IMG/VR virus record: IMGVR_UViG_3300008110_000430
Coordinates: 1-28,435 of that record
DNA: 28,435 nt
Direction: 5' to 3' (one strand)
Source of the DNA: a virus
Lineage: Duplodnaviria > Caudoviricetes
Numbering within the stretch: the first letter of the stretch is position 1; every line of letters starts with the position of its first letter. The notes under the pieces were generated by a model. It searched no databases. It worked only from the letters and a program-made list of their open reading frames with translations, and was not told the DNA's origin. Made by a program: the position numbers and the translations under genes. Below, piece after piece: positions 15,656-23,935 of this stretch.

Positions 15656-16841
15656 TCCTGCAGCATATGCATCTCTACATGATGATTTGTGGTTTGTTTC
15701 AACATCCACAAACTCAGGAACTACTAACTTTAAGTTTATATACGATGTAAGGGTTAACGGAAATATCGTTAGCACAGTAAAGGTTTTCCCTGATCCCTCT
15801 GGTAGTGTTGGAATTTTTAATGCATCACCAATTGTCAGGGCATACGTTACAAACTACTTTGAGCCTTCTGGTAATTCAATTCTGGTAGCATCTAATGACA
15901 AATTAAAGGTCACTTATAATGTGGCTGTAGGCGAGGAGGTGACAGGTACGATCACTCGAAATATGGCATCTGGTGAGTTCAGCAGCTACAATTATTATCC
16001 ACCATTGTTTGCGGATATTCTTGCAATCAATGATAACACTCCATTGGTGCTATCTAACTATTATGATAATCTTTTGATTGAGAATTTTAGTGATGATTGG
16101 CTAACAGAAAGAGATACTGATGAAATAGGAATTGAATATGGGGACAATTTTTATGCAACATATTTTAAGAAAACAGGAGGTACATATTCTGCATGGGTTG
16201 AGGTTGTTGATTCAGGAGAACAGGTTTTAACTACTGTTAGTGCGAACATTAGTTTAGCAGGAGAGATGAATCTCTTTAATTTACAGGCTGCTCATGTTAA
16301 TGATTGGGCAGGTAGTACAATAATAACTTCATCAACATATGGTTATAATTTCTATTTGAAAAGAGGTGTAGCGGTTTCAAGAGTTTTAAAGATCAGGCAG
16401 AAATGCTATCCTAAATACAAGCAATATAACCTGCATTTCCTAAATAGAGTCGGAGGTTGGGATACAATGAAATTTGCTTTGGTTAATAGGCGAAGCAGCG
16501 AGTTTCAGAGGAGCTCATATAGGAGAAATGATTGGCAGCTATCAGGCAACCAGATGAAAAATGTGGATGCTTACAACAGATATAATGAAACATCTTTAAA
16601 CTATGCAATTCAGCATAAAGACAGATTCCATTTAATATCTGACTGGGTTAGTGAACAGGATTACACATGGTTGGCTCAATTGGTTGCGAGTTCAATATGT
16701 TATATTGAGGTACAAGGTGCATATTTCCCTGTAACAATCTCAAGCACAAACTATCAGTATAAGGTGCAAAATGCAGACAAACTATTTAATTTTGAAATAG
16801 ACATTGAGGTTAGTAAATACTTAAACTCACAGTTTAGATGA
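15633..16841 (+). CDS. Virion structural (tail-tip/baseplate) protein
   Basis: Beta-rich 402 aa; HFLNRVGGWDT and WLAQLVASS; in the tail block. Confidence 0.6.
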   Translation: MAITITDSPAAYASLHDDLWFVSTSTNSGTTNFKFIYDVRVNGNIVSTVKVFPDPSGSVGIFNASPIVRAYVTNYFEPSGNSILVASNDKLKVTYNVAVGEEVTGTITRNMASGEFSSYNYYPPLFADILAINDNTPLVLSNYYDNLLIENFSDDWLTERDTDEIGIEYGDNFYATYFKKTGGTYSAWVEVVDSGEQVLTTVSANISLAGEMNLFNLQAAHVNDWAGSTIITSSTYGYNFYLKRGVAVSRVLKIRQKCYPKYKQYNLHFLNRVGGWDTMKFALVNRRSSEFQRSSYRRNDWQLSGNQMKNVDAYNRYNETSLNYAIQHKDRFHLISDWVSEQDYTWLAQLVASSICYIEVQGAYFPVTISSTNYQYKVQNADKLFNFEIDIEVSKYLNSQFR

Positions 16842-18895
16842 TATCTACAGAGATTTATATTGAAGATAATAGATTGGATTTAGTTGATGAAATATCAACT
16901 GAGTTTCAGTATGCCATTGATGATATTCAGGATTTTGGTAGTAAAAATACTTCCTTTTCAAAGACCATCAATATCACAGGTACTGCAAACAATAATAAAA
17001 TCTTTGGATTTGTATTTGATTTAGGAAATGCAAATATCACAGATAATGATCAGCCTAATGTGGGATATAACTTCAATGCATCTAAGGTTGCAAACTGTAG
17101 GATATTCATTGATAAAATACAGATATTTAAAGGTGTTTTAAGGCTCTTAGAGATCGTTAAAGATGGATCAGCTATAGAATATCAATGTGCAGTTTTCGGT
17201 GAATTAGGAGGCTTTATTTCAGCTTTAGGAAACAAAAGATTAGAGGACTTGGCAAATGTTTCTGGTGGAGGTTATCCTGTTTATAGCGAATATAATGAGG
17301 CATGGACTGCAGCAAATATAACAGATCAATCTGTGCCTGTTTCTGGGAGTCCAATTCTTTATGGCTTAATTGACATAGGGAATGTTAGTACAGATAAAAT
17401 TGATTTTCAATTCAATGCTTTTAGACCTTGTTACAAGGTTAAAGAAATGCTTGAAAAAATCAGGATTCAATCTGGATATACTTGGGACTTTTCATATTTA
17501 AGTAATTCATTATTTGACAGACTTGTTATACCTACAAATAGAAAGGTTTTGTCCAACTCAACAACTCAGGCATTTTTTGCAAATGCTGTAGTTGCAACAT
17601 ACAATACAGAAAACTTACCAGATTTTTCTGTGGTTACTGCAGGAAATTTCACATTAGTCGGAAGTTCATATAGATACAATGGTGCATCAGCTTTGCCATG
17701 TACAATACAGGCTGAATTATATGGCGAGTTTTTAGATGTTCAGCCTAATGGTTTAGGAGGTTATTATGATGTGACTATTTCAATTAGGGTTAATAGTCTG
17801 GATGTTGTTACAGAAACATTTCCTGTTTTTGCATTGCCCAGATATTTCAACTTATTGTTAGAGTACAATACAACATTAAATACTAACGATACTATAGATG
17901 TTTGGGTATCATCTGCTGCAACTCAATACTCAATAACATCAGGATTTTTAGCTGTTAATACAACAACTGTGACTGATGTACCTATCAACTATGGGGAAAC
18001 TATTCAGTTTGATAAACAATTGCCACAGGGTATATTTCAGAAAGACTTCTTTTTGTCAATATGCAAAATGCTCAATCTTTATGTTTATGATGATCCTGTA
18101 GAGGAAAAGAAAATAATTATAAAACCATATATTGATTTTTATAGCGGTGCTACAGAAGATTGGACAAACAAAATTGATAGATCAAAACCAATGAGCATTA
18201 AACCAATGAGTGAAATTAATGCCAGATATTATCAATTTAAGTTTAAGCAGGACAATGATTTGTACAATGAAAACTATAGAAAGAAATACTCAGAGGGTTA
18301 TGGTGATAGGATATTTGATACTGAATTTGATTTTGTTAAAGATACTGACACTACTGAGGTGATTTTTAGTGCAAGTCCATTATATCAGGCAACAGGTACT
18401 GATAAGATTTATCCTGCTATATATAAAGTTGGATCAGGTGGAGTTGAAGAGTCAATGGATTTTAACATTAGGATTTTTCAGGCAAGATATATAACAGAAA
18501 GGACAGGGTATAAAATTAAAAATGGAGCTAATAACGTATTAAGTAACGTAACTACTTATACTTACGTTGGGCATCTGGACAATCCATTTAGTCCAACTAA
18601 TGACATAAATTTTGGAGCACCAAAAGAGATTTTCTTTACAGCAACTACATATCCAACTACTAATCTATTTAATGCATACTATTCAGATTATATGTCTGAG
18701 ATAACAGACAAAGACAGTAAATTATTAACCTGCAATGTTTTATTGAATACAATGGATATTTATAATCTTGACTTTGGAAAATTAGTCTGGATAGATGGTG
18801 TCCTTTTTAGGATTAATACAATAGAAGGTTATAACCCTATGGATTATACAACAACAAAAGTTTCCTTATTAAAAGCAATTGAAAAAACATTCTAA
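16838..18895 (+). CDS. Minor tail / baseplate-hub-like protein
   Basis: 685 aa; SFSKTINITGTANNNKIF, QKDFFLSICKMLNLY; adjacent to tape measure. Confidence 0.6.
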   Translation: MISTEIYIEDNRLDLVDEISTEFQYAIDDIQDFGSKNTSFSKTINITGTANNNKIFGFVFDLGNANITDNDQPNVGYNFNASKVANCRIFIDKIQIFKGVLRLLEIVKDGSAIEYQCAVFGELGGFISALGNKRLEDLANVSGGGYPVYSEYNEAWTAANITDQSVPVSGSPILYGLIDIGNVSTDKIDFQFNAFRPCYKVKEMLEKIRIQSGYTWDFSYLSNSLFDRLVIPTNRKVLSNSTTQAFFANAVVATYNTENLPDFSVVTAGNFTLVGSSYRYNGASALPCTIQAELYGEFLDVQPNGLGGYYDVTISIRVNSLDVVTETFPVFALPRYFNLLLEYNTTLNTNDTIDVWVSSAATQYSITSGFLAVNTTTVTDVPINYGETIQFDKQLPQGIFQKDFFLSICKMLNLYVYDDPVEEKKIIIKPYIDFYSGATEDWTNKIDRSKPMSIKPMSEINARYYQFKFKQDNDLYNENYRKKYSEGYGDRIFDTEFDFVKDTDTTEVIFSASPLYQATGTDKIYPAIYKVGSGGVEESMDFNIRIFQARYITERTGYKIKNGANNVLSNVTTYTYVGHLDNPFSPTNDINFGAPKEIFFTATTYPTTNLFNAYYSDYMSEITDKDSKLLTCNVLLNTMDIYNLDFGKLVWIDGVLFRINTIEGYNPMDYTTTKVSLLKAIEKTF

Positions 18896-20538
18896 TGGCT
18901 GAACAATTAAATTTAAATATAAATGTTGGCGGTAATGCCACAGAGAGTGTAGGAAGTTTAAAAAAACAATTGCGAGATGCAACTGCACAGGTAGCTTTAT
19001 TATCTGAAAAATTTGGAGCAACATCTGTAGAGGCAGCAGCAGCAGCAAAGAGAGCAGCAGAATTAAGAGATAGGATTGGAGATGCTCAGTTGTTGACTCA
19101 GGCATTTAACCCAGATCAAAAGTTTAAAGCATTAGCAAATGCACTTTCTGGTGTTGCAGGTGGATTTTCTGCAGTACAGGGTGCAATCGGTTTATTTGGT
19201 ATTGAATCAAAAGAGGTTGAGCAGCAATTGTTAAAGGTTCAATCTGCTCTTGCATTATCACAGGGGCTCAATGCAATAGGTGATAGCATAGATGCATTTA
19301 AAGCACTCAAAACTCAAATAGTTGTTGAGGTTATTCCTGCTATAAAAGCACTCGGAACTGCTGCACAGGTTGGTATCGGTTTACTTATTACTGCTGTTGT
19401 TGGTGCTATTGTTGCATGGAAAGAATATATAGATACACAGGAGCAGGTACAAAAAGCGACAGAGGAAACAAATAAAGCAATTGAGAAAGGATCAAAAGCA
19501 CAATTAGAAGGTGAATTAGCCTTTATTGATAGAGAATCCAGATTGCAGATTGCAAGATTAAAAAACACAAAGAATAATGAACAGGCAATATTTGAAGAAG
19601 AGCAGTCAGCAAGAAGAAGTCGAATAAGATCATTGGAAAGATTTTATGATGAACAAAAAAATAAAGATGGTGAGGCTGCTCAAAAAGCATTAAATGACAT
19701 TAAAAATTTACAGACTGAAATACAGATTGCTGAGATTAATCATCAGGGTAAATTAATTGAAATAAAAGAGGCTGCTGCATTAAAAGAAAAAGAAAGACTC
19801 AAAAAACTTGAGGATGAAAGAAGAGAAGCACAAAGCAGAATGATGGCTCTTGAACTTCAAGCAATAGAAAATAGAAGTAAGGCAGCAAAAGATCAGGCTA
19901 TTGCTGATGATGAATATCTTGCAAATCAATTTGCAAAAGAAGAGGAATTGCAGGGTAAAAAAATTGAATCAACAAATCAAAGAGTACTAAGAGAGAAAAA
20001 GGCTGCAGAAGATTTAAAAGAGGCAGAAAAGGGATTATATGAGGCAAGATGGGCATTTGCAGGTGCAACAGTACAATTATTTGCATCATTGGCAGGACAA
20101 AATGAAAAGGCAGCAAATGCATTCTTTATACTTGACAAGGCTCTTGCAATTGGTAAGGTTGTAGTTGATACACAAAGAGAAATAGCAGGTTATTTGGCGA
20201 ATCCTTTTTGGAGTGCTTTGCCTGATGGAGGTGCTACAATAAAATCGGCAAATATTGCTGCTGCTAAATTTAGAGCAGCTACAAGCATTGCAACAATTGG
20301 AGCATTATCAATTGCGAAATTTAAAAATGGTTCAACCTCAGGATTTGGAGGAAGTACAGGAACTTTGGGAGTTGCACCATTAGTCCCACAATTGCCAACT
20401 GCAAACTTGACTGCATTGAATCAGGACACAATCAATGCTCTTGGGAATCAGGCAATTAGAGCATATGTTATTGAAACTGATATGACTACAAATCAACAAA
20501 GAATACAGGCAATTAGACAAAGAGCAAGATTTGGTTAA
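18895..20538 (+). CDS. Tape-measure-like protein
   Basis: Ala/Glu/Lys-rich helical sequence with hydrophobic stretch GIGLLITAVVGAIVAW. Confidence 0.7.
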   Translation: MAEQLNLNINVGGNATESVGSLKKQLRDATAQVALLSEKFGATSVEAAAAAKRAAELRDRIGDAQLLTQAFNPDQKFKALANALSGVAGGFSAVQGAIGLFGIESKEVEQQLLKVQSALALSQGLNAIGDSIDAFKALKTQIVVEVIPAIKALGTAAQVGIGLLITAVVGAIVAWKEYIDTQEQVQKATEETNKAIEKGSKAQLEGELAFIDRESRLQIARLKNTKNNEQAIFEEEQSARRSRIRSLERFYDEQKNKDGEAAQKALNDIKNLQTEIQIAEINHQGKLIEIKEAAALKEKERLKKLEDERREAQSRMMALELQAIENRSKAAKDQAIADDEYLANQFAKEEELQGKKIESTNQRVLREKKAAEDLKEAEKGLYEARWAFAGATVQLFASLAGQNEKAANAFFILDKALAIGKVVVDTQREIAGYLANPFWSALPDGGATIKSANIAAAKFRAATSIATIGALSIAKFKNGSTSGFGGSTGTLGVAPLVPQLPTANLTALNQDTINALGNQAIRAYVIETDMTTNQQRIQAIRQRARFG

Positions 20539-20541
20539 GCA

Positions 20542-20570
20542 GTTAAATTTAAAAATTACTTACATTTATA
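20542..20570 (+). promoter_or_regulatory. Putative phage late promoter
   Basis: GTTAAAT-N14-CATTTATA, 3 nt before ATG 20574. Confidence 0.6.
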
Positions 20571-20573
20571 GAT

Positions 20574-22028
20574 ATGAATTTACCAATATTTGAATTAATG
20601 ATCAATGAGGACATCAATGATGATGCAGAGGTAAACTTTGTGGCATTAGTTGACAGACCTGCGATCCAAAAAAATTGGAATGCATTTAAAGAAAAATATA
20701 AATTTGAAATTGTATCTGAGGACAAGCGAATTATTTCTGGTGCTCTCATGTTGGCTGACACTCCAATTTTTAGGAGTGATGCTACTCATGGTGATTACTA
20801 TGTTATGTTTAGCAAGGACACTATTTTCAAAATTGCTCAGAAGTTTTTCAAAAAAGGCTATCAGGCAAATGTAAATCTAATGCATGATCCATCACAGAAA
20901 GTTGATGGAGTTGTTATGTTCGAGAGTTTTATATCTGATAAAGATAGGGGCATATTGCCAATGAAGGGTTTTGAAGATTCCCCAGATGGTTCATGGTTTG
21001 GTAGTTTTAAGGTTGAAGATGATGCAACTTGGGAAAAAGTTAAAAATGGTGATGTCAGAGGTTTTTCTGTTGAGGGAATTTTCGAATATGGAAAGGCTCA
21101 AAAGAAAAGCAAGGAAGAGGAAATGATGGAAATGATTTACAGGATTCTGGAGGAGGTTGAAATGGGCGGTGAAGGTAGTGGATGCAAGGGTGATAATTGT
21201 GGTAGACCTAAAGGAAGCGGAAGCGGTACAGAAGGTGGAGCACCAAAAGTAAATTATTCTGATCCAAAGATTTTAAAAGAATCAGTTGATAAAATATTGT
21301 CTGAGCCTCCTAAATATGGAACTCAGGAAATATTTTCTAAAGATGGAGTTTACACAGATGAAAGACAGGGTTTACATAAAGAGGTTATTAATGATTATTT
21401 AAAGAATGGTAGTACAAATACAGGTACTTCGTATTTCATGGGCGGTGCTCCTGCAACAGGTAAAAGTTCAATCATAAATTCAGGGGATGTGACTTTGCCT
21501 CAGGGGATTATGGTTGTTGATGCAGATGCTATTAAAGCTAAAATCCCAGAATACGGAGAGATGATCAACAGGGGTGAAGGTCAAGCTGCAGCAAGAGTAC
21601 ATGAAGAGAGTTCAACATTATCAAAAGCAATAACTGCAACTGCTGCAAAAAGAGGTTATGATATCGTAAACGATGGAGTTGGAGATGGTAAATATGAATC
21701 TATAGTAAAAAAGGTTGAAGAGCAGAGAGAAGCAGGAAAAAGAGTTGTAGCGAATTATGTAACTACAGATACTGAAACATCTTTACAAAGAGCAAGACAA
21801 AGAGGAGAAAGAACAGGGAGAGTTGTACCTGAGGAATATATAAAAAGTATGCACAGGGAAATTTCAAACTTAGTGCCTAAGTTGGCTCAAAATAAAGTAT
21901 TTGATGAACTAAGACTTTACGATAATAACGGATCAAAACCGAAATTAATATTTGAACAAAAAGGCGATAAAATCACAATACATGATCAGACCGCCTATAA
22001 AAAGTTTTTAGCAAAACAGAAAGGTTAA
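20574..22028 (+). CDS. XkdF-like prohead serine protease fused to a zeta-toxin-like P-loop kinase
   Basis: N-terminal ALVDRPAI, NLMH, PDGSWF, GFSVEG; linker GGEGSGCKGDNCGRPKGSGS; C-terminal GGAPATGKS, VVDADAIK..IPEY, GYDIVNDG, SLQRARQR..RTGRVVPEEYI, FDELRLYDN. Confidence 0.85.
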   Translation: MNLPIFELMINEDINDDAEVNFVALVDRPAIQKNWNAFKEKYKFEIVSEDKRIISGALMLADTPIFRSDATHGDYYVMFSKDTIFKIAQKFFKKGYQANVNLMHDPSQKVDGVVMFESFISDKDRGILPMKGFEDSPDGSWFGSFKVEDDATWEKVKNGDVRGFSVEGIFEYGKAQKKSKEEEMMEMIYRILEEVEMGGEGSGCKGDNCGRPKGSGSGTEGGAPKVNYSDPKILKESVDKILSEPPKYGTQEIFSKDGVYTDERQGLHKEVINDYLKNGSTNTGTSYFMGGAPATGKSSIINSGDVTLPQGIMVVDADAIKAKIPEYGEMINRGEGQAAARVHEESSTLSKAITATAAKRGYDIVNDGVGDGKYESIVKKVEEQREAGKRVVANYVTTDTETSLQRARQRGERTGRVVPEEYIKSMHREISNLVPKLAQNKVFDELRLYDNNGSKPKLIFEQKGDKITIHDQTAYKKFLAKQKG

Positions 22029-22205
22029 TTACATCTGTGGTATGTCAACCACTTTGCCAGACTTCATCAGTTCTTGAATCTCTTTGAGAAGTTGAATCTC
22101 TGATTCGTTTTGAGGCTCAGCACCACCAATGAGTTCAAGAACCCTTTTTTCTGATTCTGAGATGTTGCTTGAAACTTTGCCATCGTATACTATATCTTCT
22201 TTCAT
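22029..22205 (-). CDS. Small acidic protein, candidate antitoxin/immunity protein
   Basis: 58 aa MKEDIVYDGKVSSNISESEKRVLELIGGAEPQNESEIQLLKEIQELMKSGKVVDIPQM; stop abuts the toxin-fusion stop; not in ORF track. Confidence 0.6.
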   Translation of the reverse strand: MKEDIVYDGKVSSNISESEKRVLELIGGAEPQNESEIQLLKEIQELMKSGKVVDIPQM

Positions 22206-22221
22206 ATTTGTAATTTACAAT

Positions 22222-22250
22222 AATAAATGCAGTTTTCAAAATCTTTTATC
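22222..22250 (-). promoter_or_regulatory. Putative late promoter for the 58-aa ORF
   Basis: Minus strand reads GATAAAA-N14-CATTTATT, same spacing as the other copies. Confidence 0.5.
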
Positions 22251-22836
22251 AGGCATACCAACTGCAGTAATTTTCTTCACCTTCTTTGTGTTTCATCAGA
22301 GAACCGACAACATCACCCATTGAAATGTGATAACTTATCTCTCCATTCCAACCCACACTTGGCACAATTCTTTTCACAAAAGGCTCACCACAGAAACCAT
22401 TGATCTCTGGTTTAAATAACCCAGAAGCCCATGAACTTTCACTCACCATAACTTTTCCGATCTTTCTCAGGATGGCTGATTTACCTTTGAAACCAACAAT
22501 CTGATAGTATCTCAAGTTAGTTTGTTCATAACCCCAACTTTCGTAGAGCACCTGTCCGACATAGAACCCATGCTCAAAACTTTGGGCAGCCTCTTTTTTC
22601 TTTCTCTTCATTTCCTCTCTTCTCTCCTGAATCTTCTCAAGGTTGGAAACGTAACTCTCAAGATAACTGATCATGTTTTCCTGATTTCTGAACCTGTAGT
22701 AAAACTCAGGTTTTTTGAATCTTGCTTTGCTGACAATCTTTTCAGCTTTAGCGAGGAACTGTCTTGAACCCTCAATCCTTTCCTCAAGAACCAGAGAGAG
22801 GTTTTGTTTTTCGAATCTTTCAATTAACTGTTTCAT
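22249..22836 (-). CDS. Early protein with SWGYEQTN motif, function unknown
   Basis: VGQVLYESWGYEQTNLRYYQIV; own early promoter and leader motif. Confidence 0.85.
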   Translation of the reverse strand: MKQLIERFEKQNLSLVLEERIEGSRQFLAKAEKIVSKARFKKPEFYYRFRNQENMISYLESYVSNLEKIQERREEMKRKKKEAAQSFEHGFYVGQVLYESWGYEQTNLRYYQIVGFKGKSAILRKIGKVMVSESSWASGLFKPEINGFCGEPFVKRIVPSVGWNGEISYHISMGDVVGSLMKHKEGEENYCSWYA

Positions 22837-22890
22837 AATAAGTGGTTTTAATTACAGATCAAATATATAAACTTTTCTTTAATTTCCAAA
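22837..22890 (-). promoter_or_regulatory. Early promoter plus leader motif
   Basis: Minus strand TTTG-N19-TATATTTG...AAAACCACTTATT-ATG. Confidence 0.8.
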
Positions 22891-22908
22891 ATATTTTTGT
22901 GGTTTTTT

Positions 22909-23088
22909 TTAATATTCTTTTGGTGAATTTAATATCTGAGAAACAATCTCAAAAACACTTGGCACTCTTTCTAACTCATCTAATTCATCTGATAATTGAT
23001 TCCATAAATCACCATTTGGAAAGTTGTTTTCAACTTCAAAATTCATTTGTTCTTTGAGTTCTTTAACTCTGTTTTCTTTGTTATTCAT
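22909..23088 (-). CDS. Small acidic early protein (59 aa)
   Basis: MNNKENRVKELKEQMNFEVENNFPNGDLWNQLSDELDELERVPSVFEIVSQILNSPKEY, preceded by AAAACCACTAAT; not in ORF track. Confidence 0.7.
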   Translation of the reverse strand: MNNKENRVKELKEQMNFEVENNFPNGDLWNQLSDELDELERVPSVFEIVSQILNSPKEY

Positions 23089-23089
23089 A

Positions 23090-23188
23090 TTAGTGGTTTT
23101 TATAATATCTCTTTTGGTAATACTTCCTGTTATCTAAGTGAAAGAGAGAAGCACCGATCAAAGCGAGGAAAAAACAAACGTAAATCAT
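23090..23188 (-). CDS. Small membrane peptide (32 aa)
   Basis: MIYVCFFLALIGASLFHLDNRKYYQKRYYKNH, directly downstream of an early promoter. Confidence 0.5.
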   Translation of the reverse strand: MIYVCFFLALIGASLFHLDNRKYYQKRYYKNH

Positions 23189-23205
23189 AATCTCAAATTG
23201 TACAG

Positions 23206-23237
23206 TAAAGATATAAACTAAAGTTTATAATTCCAAA
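23206..23237 (-). promoter_or_regulatory. Early promoter
   Basis: Minus strand TTTG-N20-TATCTTTA. Confidence 0.65.
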
Positions 23238-23344
23238 TATTTATAAAGTTTTTTTTAAAATATTATTGTAACAATGTTGCAAAAAAGAATAATTAAACTT
23301 TAAGTGATAAATAGTCAATGTTTTACGGATTTAAAATAAAATGT

Positions 23345-23929
23345 ATGAACGCAAAAGAAGCAATCATGAAAATTAGGGCACTCTTTGAAGAGGCGTCCAA
23401 TATTCAGGAGGCTCAAGTTGAAGAGGCAAAACAAGAGTTTGCTGAATATCAACTTGCTGATGGCACTAAGGTTATGATCTCATCACTCGAAATTGGCGGT
23501 GAGGTTAAACTCGAAGATGGCTCATTCGCTCCTGATGGTGATCATCAACTTGCTGATGGCTCACAAATCTCTGTTTTAGGTGGTAAGATTACTGAAATCG
23601 AAGCTGCAGAAAAACCAGAGGCTGATATGCCAGAGGTAGAAGTTGAAGCAAAGAAAGACAAAAAAATGGAGGAAATGGCTGCAGAATTTGCTGCAAAAAT
23701 TTCTGAGATGAACGGATTAATTGAAGCCTTGAATGAAAAAATATCTTCTATTGAAGATAAATCAAAGCAAGGTTTTTCTCAGGTAGTTGATTTGATTGAA
23801 GAGGTAACTAAAATGCCTCAGGCTGATCCAATTGAAAAGCCACAATCTTTCAAATTTGAAGCTACAAAAGACATTAAGTTCGAAAGACTTAATAAATACA
23901 GACACGCAATTTTAAACTCTAAAAACTAA
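23345..23929 (+). CDS. Capsid scaffolding protein (putative)
   Basis: Acidic, coiled-coil, repeated xQLADG motifs, directly upstream of the capsid gene; ATG 23345. Confidence 0.7.
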   Translation: MNAKEAIMKIRALFEEASNIQEAQVEEAKQEFAEYQLADGTKVMISSLEIGGEVKLEDGSFAPDGDHQLADGSQISVLGGKITEIEAAEKPEADMPEVEVEAKKDKKMEEMAAEFAAKISEMNGLIEALNEKISSIEDKSKQGFSQVVDLIEEVTKMPQADPIEKPQSFKFEATKDIKFERLNKYRHAILNSKN

Positions 23930-23935
23930 AACAAA

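Noticed and set aside
1691-21000. Minus-strand ORFs in the track (e.g. 1691-1963, 4564-4968, 10607-10864, 19314-19568, 20549-20761)
   Set aside because: Antisense shadows of well-supported plus-strand genes, with no motifs or promoters
22129-23057. Plus-strand ORFs 22129-22323, 22522-22767 and 22842-23057
   Set aside because: Shadows of the minus-strand island, whose genes have promoters and leader motifs
23448-23561. 17-bp direct repeat ATCAACTTGCTGATGGC
   Set aside because: Explained by the protein-level repeat xQLADG in the scaffold
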